Under the pieces are notes generated by a model. The model was given only the letters and a program-made list of their open reading frames with translations, was not told the origin of the DNA and made no database searches. The translations under genes and the position numbers were made by a program. This document shows positions 9,245 to 17,505 of a stretch of 33,713 nt of DNA, piece by piece (positions within the stretch are counted from its first letter, which is position 1; each line of letters opens with the position of its first letter). The stretch is from a virus (Duplodnaviria > Caudoviricetes): positions 1 to 33,713 of IMG/VR virus record IMGVR_UViG_3300028588_000063, one strand, 5' to 3'.

Positions 9245-11100
9245 CAGGGATCTACCTCATTGAACCAGGTGGTCTTATCGAAGCGCTCGCCGTTTGCGCA
9301 GGGCACGCGCGCCACCCAACGCCAGTCGTCTGGCAATGGGCCTTTGGCGTCGCCGAGCTTTACGACGACGAAGGTCCGCTCGACACCATCGATCGTCGCC
9401 ACCTGGACCTGCGGACCTTCCAGAAGCTCAACGCCGAATACCAGTGCGGTGACGCCGTCTTCGTCTGCAGTCGTGCGCCGGTCGGCTAATTCGTCAGTGA
9501 TGTCCGCTGCGTAGTAACTGACCTCATCCCTGTCGCGATCGGTGGTCCATTTGTCGCCGATCTTGATTGGTACTTTTGCACTCATATCGTTAAACCTCAT
9601 TCGCTTTCCACTACCCTCGAACACGACAACCTTGCTACCGCTGCCCTCGAATACCACGACCTTGCTGCCACTGCCGTCGAACATCACGATCCGCGATGGG
9701 TGAACTTTCGAAATGTCCAGCGGCGGAGATTCCGCTAAGAAGCGGAGCATGACGTCGCCCCCACCGAGAGCGAGGTGCGCTGGCGACACCAGCTGGCGAC
9801 GCGCAGCTATCAGCCGTACCTGTCCGGCATCCAGCGACAAGTGAGCCGCTGTCACCGGCATTCGCCTGGTGATACGCATCGTGACGTCGCCACCAGTGAG
9901 GGTCAGCGCCGCCGGCGCTACCGGGATGCTGTAGCTGTTCCCACTCTCCGCCGGCGTATATACGAACTCGATTGCGCCACCCGTCAGCGTGGCGACCGCG
10001 GGTGCAACCACCAGGCGCCGGGTAGAACGGAGCTGCGCTTTCCCAGGTTGCAGGACCAGGTCGGCCGCCGAAACGGCTACGCGGCGCGCGGCACGCAGGT
10101 CGACCAGGCCACCGGTTGCCGCCAGTGCCGCAGGCTGCACGCCGATCTTGCGCGACGCGCGCAGGGCAACGTCCGCGCCGGCGAGCTGCAGCTGTGCCGA
10201 CTGCAGCGCGATGCGACGAGACGTGCGCATGGCGACGTTGCTGCCGGACGCCTGTATTGCCGCAGGCTGCACCGGAACCCGGCGCGAGATGCGCATGGCG
10301 ACGTTGCCACCAGCGAGCATCAGCGCTGCAGGGCTGATCGGGAGCGTCGTACCGCCGAGTGCAGCAATGGCGTAGACATCGTCATCAGGAATGGCGAATT
10401 GCTGCCAAGGGTTGAGCGCCCAGGCGCGTGCCTCCGCGTCGCTTACGACTCCTTCAAGGAAAACGATGTTGGATAAACCGCCGCCGAGAGGGAATGCGCC
10501 GCTTGCGCGCGCCCCGATAAACAGCGTCGAGTTCGCAAAATTTGTTGGTCCACCTGTCGACGCAAACGTACCGGTGCTGCTGACCCGCTTTCCATTGGCG
10601 TAGAGCGCAAACGCTCCGCCTGGCTTCCCGAGGTCAATCGCCACGGTGTACCAAATCCACTGCCCCGGAAATTGCGTGTCGAAAAAGGTGTCGTAACCAG
10701 GGAGCGTGCCGTACGCCGCAATATCGAAACGCCCGAATGCGCCTGAGTCGGGATCGATATAAAACCCGCCTGCCGTGGCTTGCGAATTGCCCGTGTGCTC
10801 AAGAAAGAACCTATCGGACCTTGTGTATGAATCTACGCGCCCCCAAAAGCCAATCGAAATTTTGGAATACTTCGAGAGGTCGAGTTGCACGCTCGCAGCC
10901 GGTCCAGCATTCCCCGCATTCAAGCTACGCCCGAACGGGGCGGACGCCTGGGATCCGCCAGGGCCGAGCTGCAAACTCTGCCCCGAAACGACGGTGCGCA
11001 AATTCCCGTTGAGCGGGATGGCCTCGATAACGCGTCGACCGAACAGGTTGGCGCGATCAAGGCGCACCAATCCCTGTGGTTGATTGCGCTGTCCAGGCAT
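9244..11100 (-). CDS. LamG/concanavalin-A-like domain protein with ~22-aa shaft repeats and a C-terminal adaptor-like domain (putative virion fibre)
   Basis: SIGFWGR...GQWIWYTVAID...ALYANGK...LFIGAR...LGGGLSNIVF is a LamG-type pattern. It is followed by about ten V.PA.L.L.GG.V.LR..RR repeats, three (S)KVVVFEGSG-type units and a ~113-aa terminal domain. Confidence 0.7.
   Translation of the reverse strand: MPGQRNQPQGLVRLDRANLFGRRVIEAIPLNGNLRTVVSGQSLQLGPGGSQASAPFGRSLNAGNAGPAASVQLDLSKYSKISIGFWGRVDSYTRSDRFFLEHTGNSQATAGGFYIDPDSGAFGRFDIAAYGTLPGYDTFFDTQFPGQWIWYTVAIDLGKPGGAFALYANGKRVSSTGTFASTGGPTNFANSTLFIGARASGAFPLGGGLSNIVFLEGVVSDAEARAWALNPWQQFAIPDDDVYAIAALGGTTLPISPAALMLAGGNVAMRISRRVPVQPAAIQASGSNVAMRTSRRIALQSAQLQLAGADVALRASRKIGVQPAALAATGGLVDLRAARRVAVSAADLVLQPGKAQLRSTRRLVVAPAVATLTGGAIEFVYTPAESGNSYSIPVAPAALTLTGGDVTMRITRRMPVTAAHLSLDAGQVRLIAARRQLVSPAHLALGGGDVMLRFLAESPPLDISKVHPSRIVMFDGSGSKVVVFEGSGSKVVVFEGSGKRMRFNDMSAKVPIKIGDKWTTDRDRDEVSYYAADITDELADRRTTADEDGVTALVFGVELLEGPQVQVATIDGVERTFVVVKLGDAKGPLPDDWRWVARVPCANGERFDKTTWFNEVDP
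9608..9697 (-). repeat. 30-bp tandem repeat x3
   Basis: Encodes SRIVMFDGSG / SKVVVFEGSG / SKVVVFEGSG. Confidence 0.85.
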
Positions 11101-11553
11101 TTAGGCGGCCACTTTCTTCGTTCGCGGGGTAACTTTCAAGGTCCAGCCGGCGCTGAGCGCCTGCCCGGTTCCATTGTTGTGCACGTAGTATTCCGCCCGC
11201 TTCGGCAGGTCGTACGCGATCACGCCGTTCAGCTGCATGGTCTGTGCGGTGGTGACGTTGTTGACGGTGAAGGTGCCGACGAAGACGGTCGGGCGGGTCG
11301 CCTCCGGGATCTCGGCGTCGCTGGTGCCGTCGATGTCGAGCGGGCGCGCGTAGAGGGCCAGGACGGCGCCTTCGGTCGGCGCCGCGGCAAACGTCCCGGT
11401 CAGCACGAACTCGGCGTGCGGGAAAGAGCTGCCGTCCACGACCAGGTCGTACACGGCGTCGTCAGCCTGGAGCAGCGCGTTGTTGGCGATCGCGCCGCCG
11501 GCGGACTCGAGCACCTTAGTGGTGCCCCATACTGCAACGATTTCTCCGCTCAC
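11101..11553 (-). CDS. Hypothetical beta-rich virion-type protein (150 aa)
   Basis: GTG 11553 overlaps the upstream TGA (GTGA); MSGEIVAVWGTTKVLES...; high-GC coding pattern. Confidence 0.7.
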   Translation of the reverse strand: MSGEIVAVWGTTKVLESAGGAIANNALLQADDAVYDLVVDGSSFPHAEFVLTGTFAAAPTEGAVLALYARPLDIDGTSDAEIPEATRPTVFVGTFTVNNVTTAQTMQLNGVIAYDLPKRAEYYVHNNGTGQALSAGWTLKVTPRTKKVAA

Positions 11554-12008
11554 AGCGTCATCCTTCCTTCTGCCTTGTTGAGGGCGTCCGACACTGTGTT
11601 GAAGTGGATCGGATCGGGCATGACGCCGCACTTGAGCAGCTTGTCGATGTCGTCGGCGAATTCGACCAACCTCTCCTTGAGCGCCGCCAACGAGGCGCGC
11701 GCCGCTGGAATGCTCAGGTCGAGGACGCCGCGCCGGACCGGGGCCATCCCCCAATACACGGTCCGGTCCTGCTCGCCCAGATCCACCACGGCGTCGAGAA
11801 ACATCCCGCCGCGCGGGTCTCCCAGGACAGCGACGACAGTACCTTCACCGATTTGCGTTGGACCATGCTTCGTACGACCAGCCGACAGCAAGGCAGCGAT
11901 CGCGACATCATTGCGAACCTGTACGAGCGGATCGATTGAAGCCTTTTCGGTGCTGGTCAGCGCGCGCCCGGCAACCGCCTCCAGGGCGGCAATCTGCGTG
12001 GCGTCCAT
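11550..12008 (-). CDS. Hypothetical phage protein
   Basis: 152 aa, tightly packed between cassette genes. Confidence 0.7.
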   Translation of the reverse strand: MDATQIAALEAVAGRALTSTEKASIDPLVQVRNDVAIAALLSAGRTKHGPTQIGEGTVVAVLGDPRGGMFLDAVVDLGEQDRTVYWGMAPVRRGVLDLSIPAARASLAALKERLVEFADDIDKLLKCGVMPDPIHFNTVSDALNKAEGRMTL

Positions 12009-12010
12009 GG

Positions 12011-12478
12011 TCAGGCCAGGGTCAGGACGCCGGCTGCCGCGTCGAAGTCGAGCGTCAGGGACTCGCCGTCGAGCAGGGTGATGCTGTCGCCACGGTCGAC
12101 CCAGCCGACCAGAGGCTTGCCAGCCACGCTGTCGTTGTAGACGACGGGGTAGCGAAACGGGCCGACCGGGCCGCTGCTGGCGGTGATCACCTCGTCCGCG
12201 ATCTTGACCCGGGTCACGCTCTTATTTACCGTCTGCACGGCGGCGCTGACCACGACTTCCACATCCTCCATCGCCCTGGTAATGGAAATGGAGTCTAGAG
12301 CGTATCCGCCGGTCACGTAGCCTCCAGTTGCTGCGATCTGGGTGATGTTCGCCAGCACGGTGTTCGTCGCGGCAGGCGCGGTATTGGTCAGCGCGACCTT
12401 GAAGGTGTGCGAACCGAAGTTGTGCACGCCGCGCAGCACCTGCTCGGCGAAATCATTGAATTTTTGCAGCGATGGCAT
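12011..12478 (-). CDS. Small phage structural protein, fibre-associated type
   Basis: HTFKVALTNTAP...GGYVTGGYAL...GPFRYPVVYND...SITLLDGESLTLDF; AAAGG before the ATG. Family call is from motif recall. Confidence 0.65.
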   Translation of the reverse strand: MPSLQKFNDFAEQVLRGVHNFGSHTFKVALTNTAPAATNTVLANITQIAATGGYVTGGYALDSISITRAMEDVEVVVSAAVQTVNKSVTRVKIADEVITASSGPVGPFRYPVVYNDSVAGKPLVGWVDRGDSITLLDGESLTLDFDAAAGVLTLA

Positions 12479-12508
12479 ATGAACCTTTCAGAATGGGTAC
12501 GGTATCGA

Positions 12509-13987
12509 TCAGGCTGACTTCGCCTTTGCGGAATCTTCAGCTGGTTGAGTTGGCAGGTTTCCCCGTTGGAGGAATAGCAACACTTCGAGGATGCCCAGCT
12601 CGCGCAGCTTGTCGATGTCGTTCTTCAGCTCCTCGAATACGACGTCGGGGTCGTAACCCCGCTGGCGGAGCTTTTCGCTGATGCTCGCCAGGCCGCCGCT
12701 GATTTCAGCGAGGTCGGCTTTGACGTCCTGCTCCGGGTTCACGTAATCCCACTTCGGCGGGCTGAAGTCGACGGACTTGTCACGGGTCTTGATCTTCCCG
12801 GCTAGGTAGGCGTGCTCGATAAAAGCGTCATGGATCGGCACTAGCAGCTTGGGGATCAGCACCAGCCATTGCATCGCCTGAACGGCTCGGCGGAAGTCCA
12901 GCAGTCGCACACGCGCGCTGCTGAAGTTGACACCGGTCATGTCGCCAGTGAGCATCTCGTATGGCACACCGATGCCGGCTGCGATCAGGTGCAGCTGATG
13001 CTTCACGTACTCGACATACCCCGGGGCCGCCTTCGGCTCGACGACAGTAAAGTTCATCCCGGCTGGCATGCCAAAAATATTGCCGCCGCCCAGCTCGCCC
13101 AGATCGCGTACACCGCCACCCTGCCCTGCGCCATCGCCGCCCATCCCAGCCGGATTGTCCATCGCGGTCAGATCGCCACTGGCCAGCACGGACAGGCGGG
13201 TCTCTAGGTTCTTGCGCGACAGTTCAGCGTCCTCGTACAGCTGCAGATCACGCACCCGACTGATGACTGACGCAAGCCGCGAGAAGCCGCGGCCCTGCCC
13301 CGGTCTCTTCGGATTGAACAGGTGGATGATGTCCTTCGCCGGCACCCGCTGACTCTGGGCACGACCGCGGGCCACAGCGACCTCGCCCGGGTGCTGGTCC
13401 CACAAATAGTAGGCGGCAACCGCTCCGAGCATGTCGTACTCGATGCCGTTGACGATGGTGTTGCCGTTCAGGGTTCCACTACGGGCACTGTCGAGCCAAT
13501 CGATTTCCAGCAGCTGGAGCTGCAGCGGGACCGGCAGATCATCGGTCGGGCGCCTGGTGCGCTTGCGCACCAGCACCTCGCCGTCCTGCTCCATGGCGAA
13601 GTAGGCGGCCTTCACTAGGCCGTAGTAGTCGAAGCGGCCATCGGCATCGCATACCTTGGCCCAGTCCTTGAACAGCCCGTTGATCGCGTCCTTGTCACGA
13701 CCGGTCGCGCGAGGAATGATGCCGGTACCGACCGTGGCGGTCGCCAGCCCTTCCAGGCCCGCTTCGATATAGGGAACGTTCTGCACCAACGCGCGCGCCT
13801 TCGCGCGAGTCATCGGCGCATCGGCGCGGTGATCGGCATTCGCGCTGGCGCCGGCACGGCGCGGTCGCCAGCCGTCACGTGGGCTTGCTGCCTCATAGGC
13901 GCGCTCGAGCTGACGGCGCGCGAAGTGCCTGGAGATGCCGGCATGTGGACTGACCCAGCCGACGATCCGGTCGAGGATGTTCGGCAT
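12509..13987 (-). CDS. Phage portal protein, lambda family
   Basis: 492 aa; YEAAS, RAKARALVQN, DGEVLV, LQLQLLEIDWL, NGIEYD, RPGQGRG, YEMLTGD...NFSSAR and WDYVNPEQDV motifs. Confidence 0.93.
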   Translation of the reverse strand: MPNILDRIVGWVSPHAGISRHFARRQLERAYEAASPRDGWRPRRAGASANADHRADAPMTRAKARALVQNVPYIEAGLEGLATATVGTGIIPRATGRDKDAINGLFKDWAKVCDADGRFDYYGLVKAAYFAMEQDGEVLVRKRTRRPTDDLPVPLQLQLLEIDWLDSARSGTLNGNTIVNGIEYDMLGAVAAYYLWDQHPGEVAVARGRAQSQRVPAKDIIHLFNPKRPGQGRGFSRLASVISRVRDLQLYEDAELSRKNLETRLSVLASGDLTAMDNPAGMGGDGAGQGGGVRDLGELGGGNIFGMPAGMNFTVVEPKAAPGYVEYVKHQLHLIAAGIGVPYEMLTGDMTGVNFSSARVRLLDFRRAVQAMQWLVLIPKLLVPIHDAFIEHAYLAGKIKTRDKSVDFSPPKWDYVNPEQDVKADLAEISGGLASISEKLRQRGYDPDVVFEELKNDIDKLRELGILEVLLFLQRGNLPTQPAEDSAKAKSA

Positions 13988-14199
13988 CAGTCGCCCCGGT
14001 TCGTAGTGAAGCGGAAGCCGAAGATCCGAGGGCCGCGATTCTGCATCCCGCCATTCAGGACCCTGGCAGTATGCTCCCGCGCGGCGATCATCGCCGCGGT
14101 GTTCTGATAGGTGAGGGTTCGGCCGTCAAACACCACCGAAGTGGCACCGGAGGCGATTGCCGCGTCGAGGGCGTCGAGGTCTGCTTGTGAGATAGCCAT
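13987..14199 (-). CDS. Head completion protein (lambda gpW-like)
   Basis: 70 aa, LDALDAAIASGATSVVFDGRTLTY; TGATG-coupled to the portal gene. Confidence 0.85.
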   Translation of the reverse strand: MAISQADLDALDAAIASGATSVVFDGRTLTYQNTAAMIAAREHTARVLNGGMQNRGPRIFGFRFTTNRGD

Positions 14200-14206
14200 G
14201 CCGCCA

Positions 14207-14247
14207 AGAGTAGGGAGGCGGCCGTCTCAATTCTCGGAAAACTGAGA
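14207..14247 (-). promoter_or_regulatory. Putative activator-dependent late promoter 1 (dyad plus -10 TACTCT)
   Basis: GTCTCAATTCTCGGAAAACTGAGA at 14224-14247, then 11 bp, TACTCT at 14212-14207, 7 bp, and ATG 14199. Confidence 0.72.
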
Positions 14248-14541
14248 TTATTTCTTTCGGCCGGGGGTCTTGATGATGCGGTACACGGAAGCCCTGCTGA
14301 TGTTGAGCCGGCGCGCTACCTCTGTTGCATTGCGGCCGTCGAACAGGCGCATCACCTCCTGTACGATCCGGTCGCGTTCCGCCTTCGGGCGGCGCGGGAT
14401 GTAAGTCTCGATTCCGGCGAATTCCCGCCGCGCCATCTGCTTGAGTTCGGCAGCGCGCTCCCGCATCTCCGGAAACTCAATTGAGATGAACTCGAAGATC
14501 GAGTCGATCAGGTCCGGGTCGTCGAGGATGTCGGTGCTCAC
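14248..14541 (-). CDS. Mor/C-family transcription activator (C-terminal HTH)
   Basis: REFAGIETYIPR...RDRIVQEVMRLFDGRNATEVARRLNISRASVYRII matches the phage Mu Mor/C pattern. GTG 14541 overlaps the terL stop and has GGAGG 5 nt upstream; alternative start 14601. Confidence 0.8.
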   Translation of the reverse strand: MSTDILDDPDLIDSIFEFISIEFPEMRERAAELKQMARREFAGIETYIPRRPKAERDRIVQEVMRLFDGRNATEVARRLNISRASVYRIIKTPGRKK

Positions 14542-16520
14542 CACTGCCTCCCGACTGGCCAGCGTGGCGGGGAGGATGGGTTCGGCGATTTCGGTGTCCA
14601 TGGGTCGGCTGCTGGTTGCGTGGTTGTGATTGATGCTGGAGCTGCCGGGGCGGCCAGGGTTTCTTCTGCCTCAGGGGCAGGCGGATCTTGGAACAGGTCT
14701 CGGGTTTGCGGGTCAACGAAGTCGCGAAGCTGCTGCCACTGGACCGGCGTCTTCTTGTGCAGGTTGAGGTAGTACGCGCAGGCCAGACCATAGACCATCA
14801 GGTCGCCCGCCTCGTTGCGGTCGCTCTTCTTCTTCTCCCACACGCGTACCTTGCGACCGCGCTTGTAGACGCTCACGCAGTACTCGGCGGTGAGCTGCTC
14901 GTAATATTCAAGCGGCAGGTCAGTGGAAAAGTGAATTGCGCCTGGGCCCTCGGCCAGGCGGTAGCGTGCCGCGAGGTAGTCCTTGGCGGTGTCCGTGCCG
15001 ATCAGCCACAGCTTGACGCCGTGAGGGATGCTCTTACCCTGCCAGTTCACGTCAACGAGCGACGGCTTCGTGCCCAGGATCGGTTTGTTCGGAGTCGAGT
15101 GACCCTTGATCGCGTAGACATTGCGATGCTGGCGAGTTCGGCAGAAATTGTAGACGTCGTGGGTATTAGCCCCGCCCGAGTCAATGAACGTTGCCGCGAT
15201 CGACAACATGCGGCCGCCGGCGTGACGATATTTAGCCAGCAGCGCTTTATCGAGCTTGTCCTGGGTGGCTTGTTCGGACGGCGATCCAGCGATGATCTGG
15301 TAGTCCACGATCCAGCTTTCCATACCCTCGCCCCAGCCTATGACCTTCAGCTCGAAGCGGTCCGGCTGCGTGTCGACCTGTCCGCTGAGTATCAGTGCGC
15401 CCTTCGGTACTGTGCCGAGCTTGTACGCTTCAGCGCGGGCCTGCAGCTCGCTCGCTTTGGTTTGCTCTTTCTTGCGCTCCCAACTGCGCGCCAGGCGCGT
15501 GTTGTAGAAGACGATCATCTTCTCTTCGCTGCCTTCGTTCAGCTTTGCCTTGGCTGCTTTGTACTCCTTCAGCAGTCCAGCCCACGAGAACCAGCCGTAG
15601 GGCAGGAACATGCCGTTGATGGTGAAGCTGACCGTCTCGCCGTCGCCCGCCACGCCTTCCGTCCAGGCGCCGCGCTCGAACATCTTGGTCTTGTCGGTTT
15701 CGTACATGAAGCTGCCGCACTCGATGCACGGGTACATCGCGCGCCCTGCCTCATCTTCCTGCAGGCGCTCGAAGATCAGCGTTTGCGGGTGTCCACAGTG
15801 CACGCAATCGGCGAGCGCTTCCTGCTGCGTTCCCTTCTGGTACAGCGTTTCAATGGCCGACGCATCCTTCTCGGTCGGTGAGCTGGGGTAGTAGGACTTC
15901 CGGTTGCGTTCGTACGTGGTCTGTCGCGCATCCGCCAGTGCTACCGTGTCGCCCTCTCCGTCGACGTTTGCCTCGGCGCGGTCGACCTCGTCGTACAGCA
16001 CGTATCGGCAGGACAGTTCGGACAAGTTCGCTGCGGCGCCTGACGTGACGATGGTCAGCGCGCCGCCGGTGTATTCCTTCGTGTCCATTGTGTTGATCGA
16101 GTCGCGCGAACGAGGAACCGCAACACGCTCGCGCAGCACCGGCACCGCCTCGATGGTCTTGTCGATACGCTTGCTCGCGCGCTTGGCCAGCTTGCCGGTT
16201 GGAAGGATCCACAGGAAATTCGACGGCGCCTGGTGCACGGTCGACCCGAACCAGTTCAGGCCAACCTGTGTCTTCAGCATCTGCGATGCACCCATCACCA
16301 CCACCCGCTTGCAGGGGTGGTGCGGCGACAATGCACGCATCGGCTGGCGCGCGTGCGGCGTACGGCTGGTGCGGTACTTGCCGTACTCGCTGGCACCACC
16401 GCTCTTCGGGATGACCATGTGCTCATCGGCCCATTCATCGACCGGCAGGTTCGGGTCAGGCTGCAGGCCGCGACCAACGGCTGCGCGCACTATGCCAGCG
16501 GCGGGGGCGAGACGCATCAC
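14538..16520 (-). CDS. Terminase large subunit, lambda gpA family
   Basis: 660 aa; EWADEH, RTPH, GASQMLKT (Walker A variant), YVLYDEVDR (Walker B), SSPT, CxxC pairs, VDTQ, IDSGG, YAIKG and RNEAGDLMVY motifs. Confidence 0.95.
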   Translation of the reverse strand: MMRLAPAAGIVRAAVGRGLQPDPNLPVDEWADEHMVIPKSGGASEYGKYRTSRTPHARQPMRALSPHHPCKRVVVMGASQMLKTQVGLNWFGSTVHQAPSNFLWILPTGKLAKRASKRIDKTIEAVPVLRERVAVPRSRDSINTMDTKEYTGGALTIVTSGAAANLSELSCRYVLYDEVDRAEANVDGEGDTVALADARQTTYERNRKSYYPSSPTEKDASAIETLYQKGTQQEALADCVHCGHPQTLIFERLQEDEAGRAMYPCIECGSFMYETDKTKMFERGAWTEGVAGDGETVSFTINGMFLPYGWFSWAGLLKEYKAAKAKLNEGSEEKMIVFYNTRLARSWERKKEQTKASELQARAEAYKLGTVPKGALILSGQVDTQPDRFELKVIGWGEGMESWIVDYQIIAGSPSEQATQDKLDKALLAKYRHAGGRMLSIAATFIDSGGANTHDVYNFCRTRQHRNVYAIKGHSTPNKPILGTKPSLVDVNWQGKSIPHGVKLWLIGTDTAKDYLAARYRLAEGPGAIHFSTDLPLEYYEQLTAEYCVSVYKRGRKVRVWEKKKSDRNEAGDLMVYGLACAYYLNLHKKTPVQWQQLRDFVDPQTRDLFQDPPAPEAEETLAAPAAPASITTTQPAADPWTPKSPNPSSPPRWPVGRQW

Positions 16521-17083
16521 TCGACCGCCTCGCCGACATCGACGTCCAGGTCGGACTTCAGCATGTGGGCCATGCTCCCGAGCAGCGCCTGCAGCTCGCG
16601 CTCGATCACGTCTTCGCAGGCCTCGACCGTCGACAGGGCGGCCACCTCGGCGGCGATCCGCCGCGCGCAGTTGCCCAGTCCATCACGCAGCCCGCGTGCG
16701 ACCTCAAACATGGCCGCCTCGACGTCCGCCTTAAGCAGGAACTTTCCGGCCATTTCGGCCAGCTTGATCTCGGCAGCCTCCGCCTCCGCCGCCTCCCGCC
16801 GCGCGCGGCTCGTGTCGTAGCCTGGGACCTTGAGTGGAGACTCCGGACCTCCCGCCCCTCCCACACCCGCGGCCGGCCCGGGCTGCGCCCCGTTTGCCAG
16901 AGGGTCGGGGCGTTGGCCGTTTGCGCGCTGGCGGGTGTTCTTTGCGTACAGGTGCGACGCGTAATCCGGGTCGACCTTGCCGTCGGTGACCGGGATCTCG
17001 CAGCGCTTCACCGCTTCGTATGCGGACTGGCGGGAAATTCCCACGGTCTTTGCCCACTCGGCGATGGTTGTCAGGTTCGGCAT
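16517..17083 (-). CDS. Terminase small subunit (Nu1-like)
   Basis: N-terminal winged-HTH (IAEWAKTVGISRQSAYEAVK) plus coiled coil (SRARREAAEAEAAEIKLAEMAGKFL); directly upstream of terL. Confidence 0.85.
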   Translation of the reverse strand: MPNLTTIAEWAKTVGISRQSAYEAVKRCEIPVTDGKVDPDYASHLYAKNTRQRANGQRPDPLANGAQPGPAAGVGGAGGPESPLKVPGYDTSRARREAAEAEAAEIKLAEMAGKFLLKADVEAAMFEVARGLRDGLGNCARRIAAEVAALSTVEACEDVIERELQALLGSMAHMLKSDLDVDVGEAVE

Positions 17084-17206
17084 GTGTTTCGGTACGTTGT
17101 CAGGATGTTTGTCAGGAAATGTTTTGGGGTCCGGCTAGTGCGCTGACGGGGCCTGAATTACCCTTGCCAGCCATACCCCGGGAAGAACCTAACCCCCGGG
17201 GGGGCC
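17068..17206 (-). other. Probable cos packaging region
   Basis: Mostly intergenic, just upstream of terS. Minus strand AGGTTCTTCC (17190-17181) resembles lambda cosQ context GGGTCCTTTCC and is followed by GGGTAATTCAGGCCCCG. Three TTGTCAGG repeats at 17068, 17097 and 17109. Confidence 0.55.
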
Positions 17207-17210
17207 TGAG

Positions 17211-17456
17211 TCAGCGCTTCGGCGCGGCGCGGTCGCAGCCGGGCGTGGAGCCGTTGTCGAGGGCGACCACCGGCATCGTCTTGTCCTCATCGAGCCGCTG
17301 CTGGTCGAACCATTGCGAATCACGCATCGAGCCGTCATCGCTAACGCGTGGCTGGATCAGGGCCTGGTTGCAGCCGCTGATGTACTGGACGAAGCCAGTG
17401 GCCACGCCGGAGAAGCCGGTGATCTTGTCGCGGTAGGTGTGTCCCAGTTGGATCAT
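17211..17456 (-). CDS. Hypothetical phage protein (81 aa)
   Basis: MIQLGHTYRDKITGFSGVATGFVQYISGCNQALIQP...WFDQQRL; AAAGGA upstream of ATG 17456. Confidence 0.75.
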   Translation of the reverse strand: MIQLGHTYRDKITGFSGVATGFVQYISGCNQALIQPRVSDDGSMRDSQWFDQQRLDEDKTMPVVALDNGSTPGCDRAAPKR

Positions 17457-17505
17457 GATGTTTCCTTTTGTCGTCGCCGCCCTCATCGCCGGGCGGCATG
17501 GCGTT

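Noticed and set aside
9244-11100. Diversity-generating retroelement or invertible fibre cassette
   Set aside because: No reverse transcriptase, invertase or adenine-specific template/variable repeat pair was seen in this window.
9011-14247. The two 24-bp repeats as ends of a mobile or excisable cassette
   Set aside because: They enclose the essential gpW and portal genes, no recombinase is nearby, and the fixed spacing to -10 and ATG fits promoters better.
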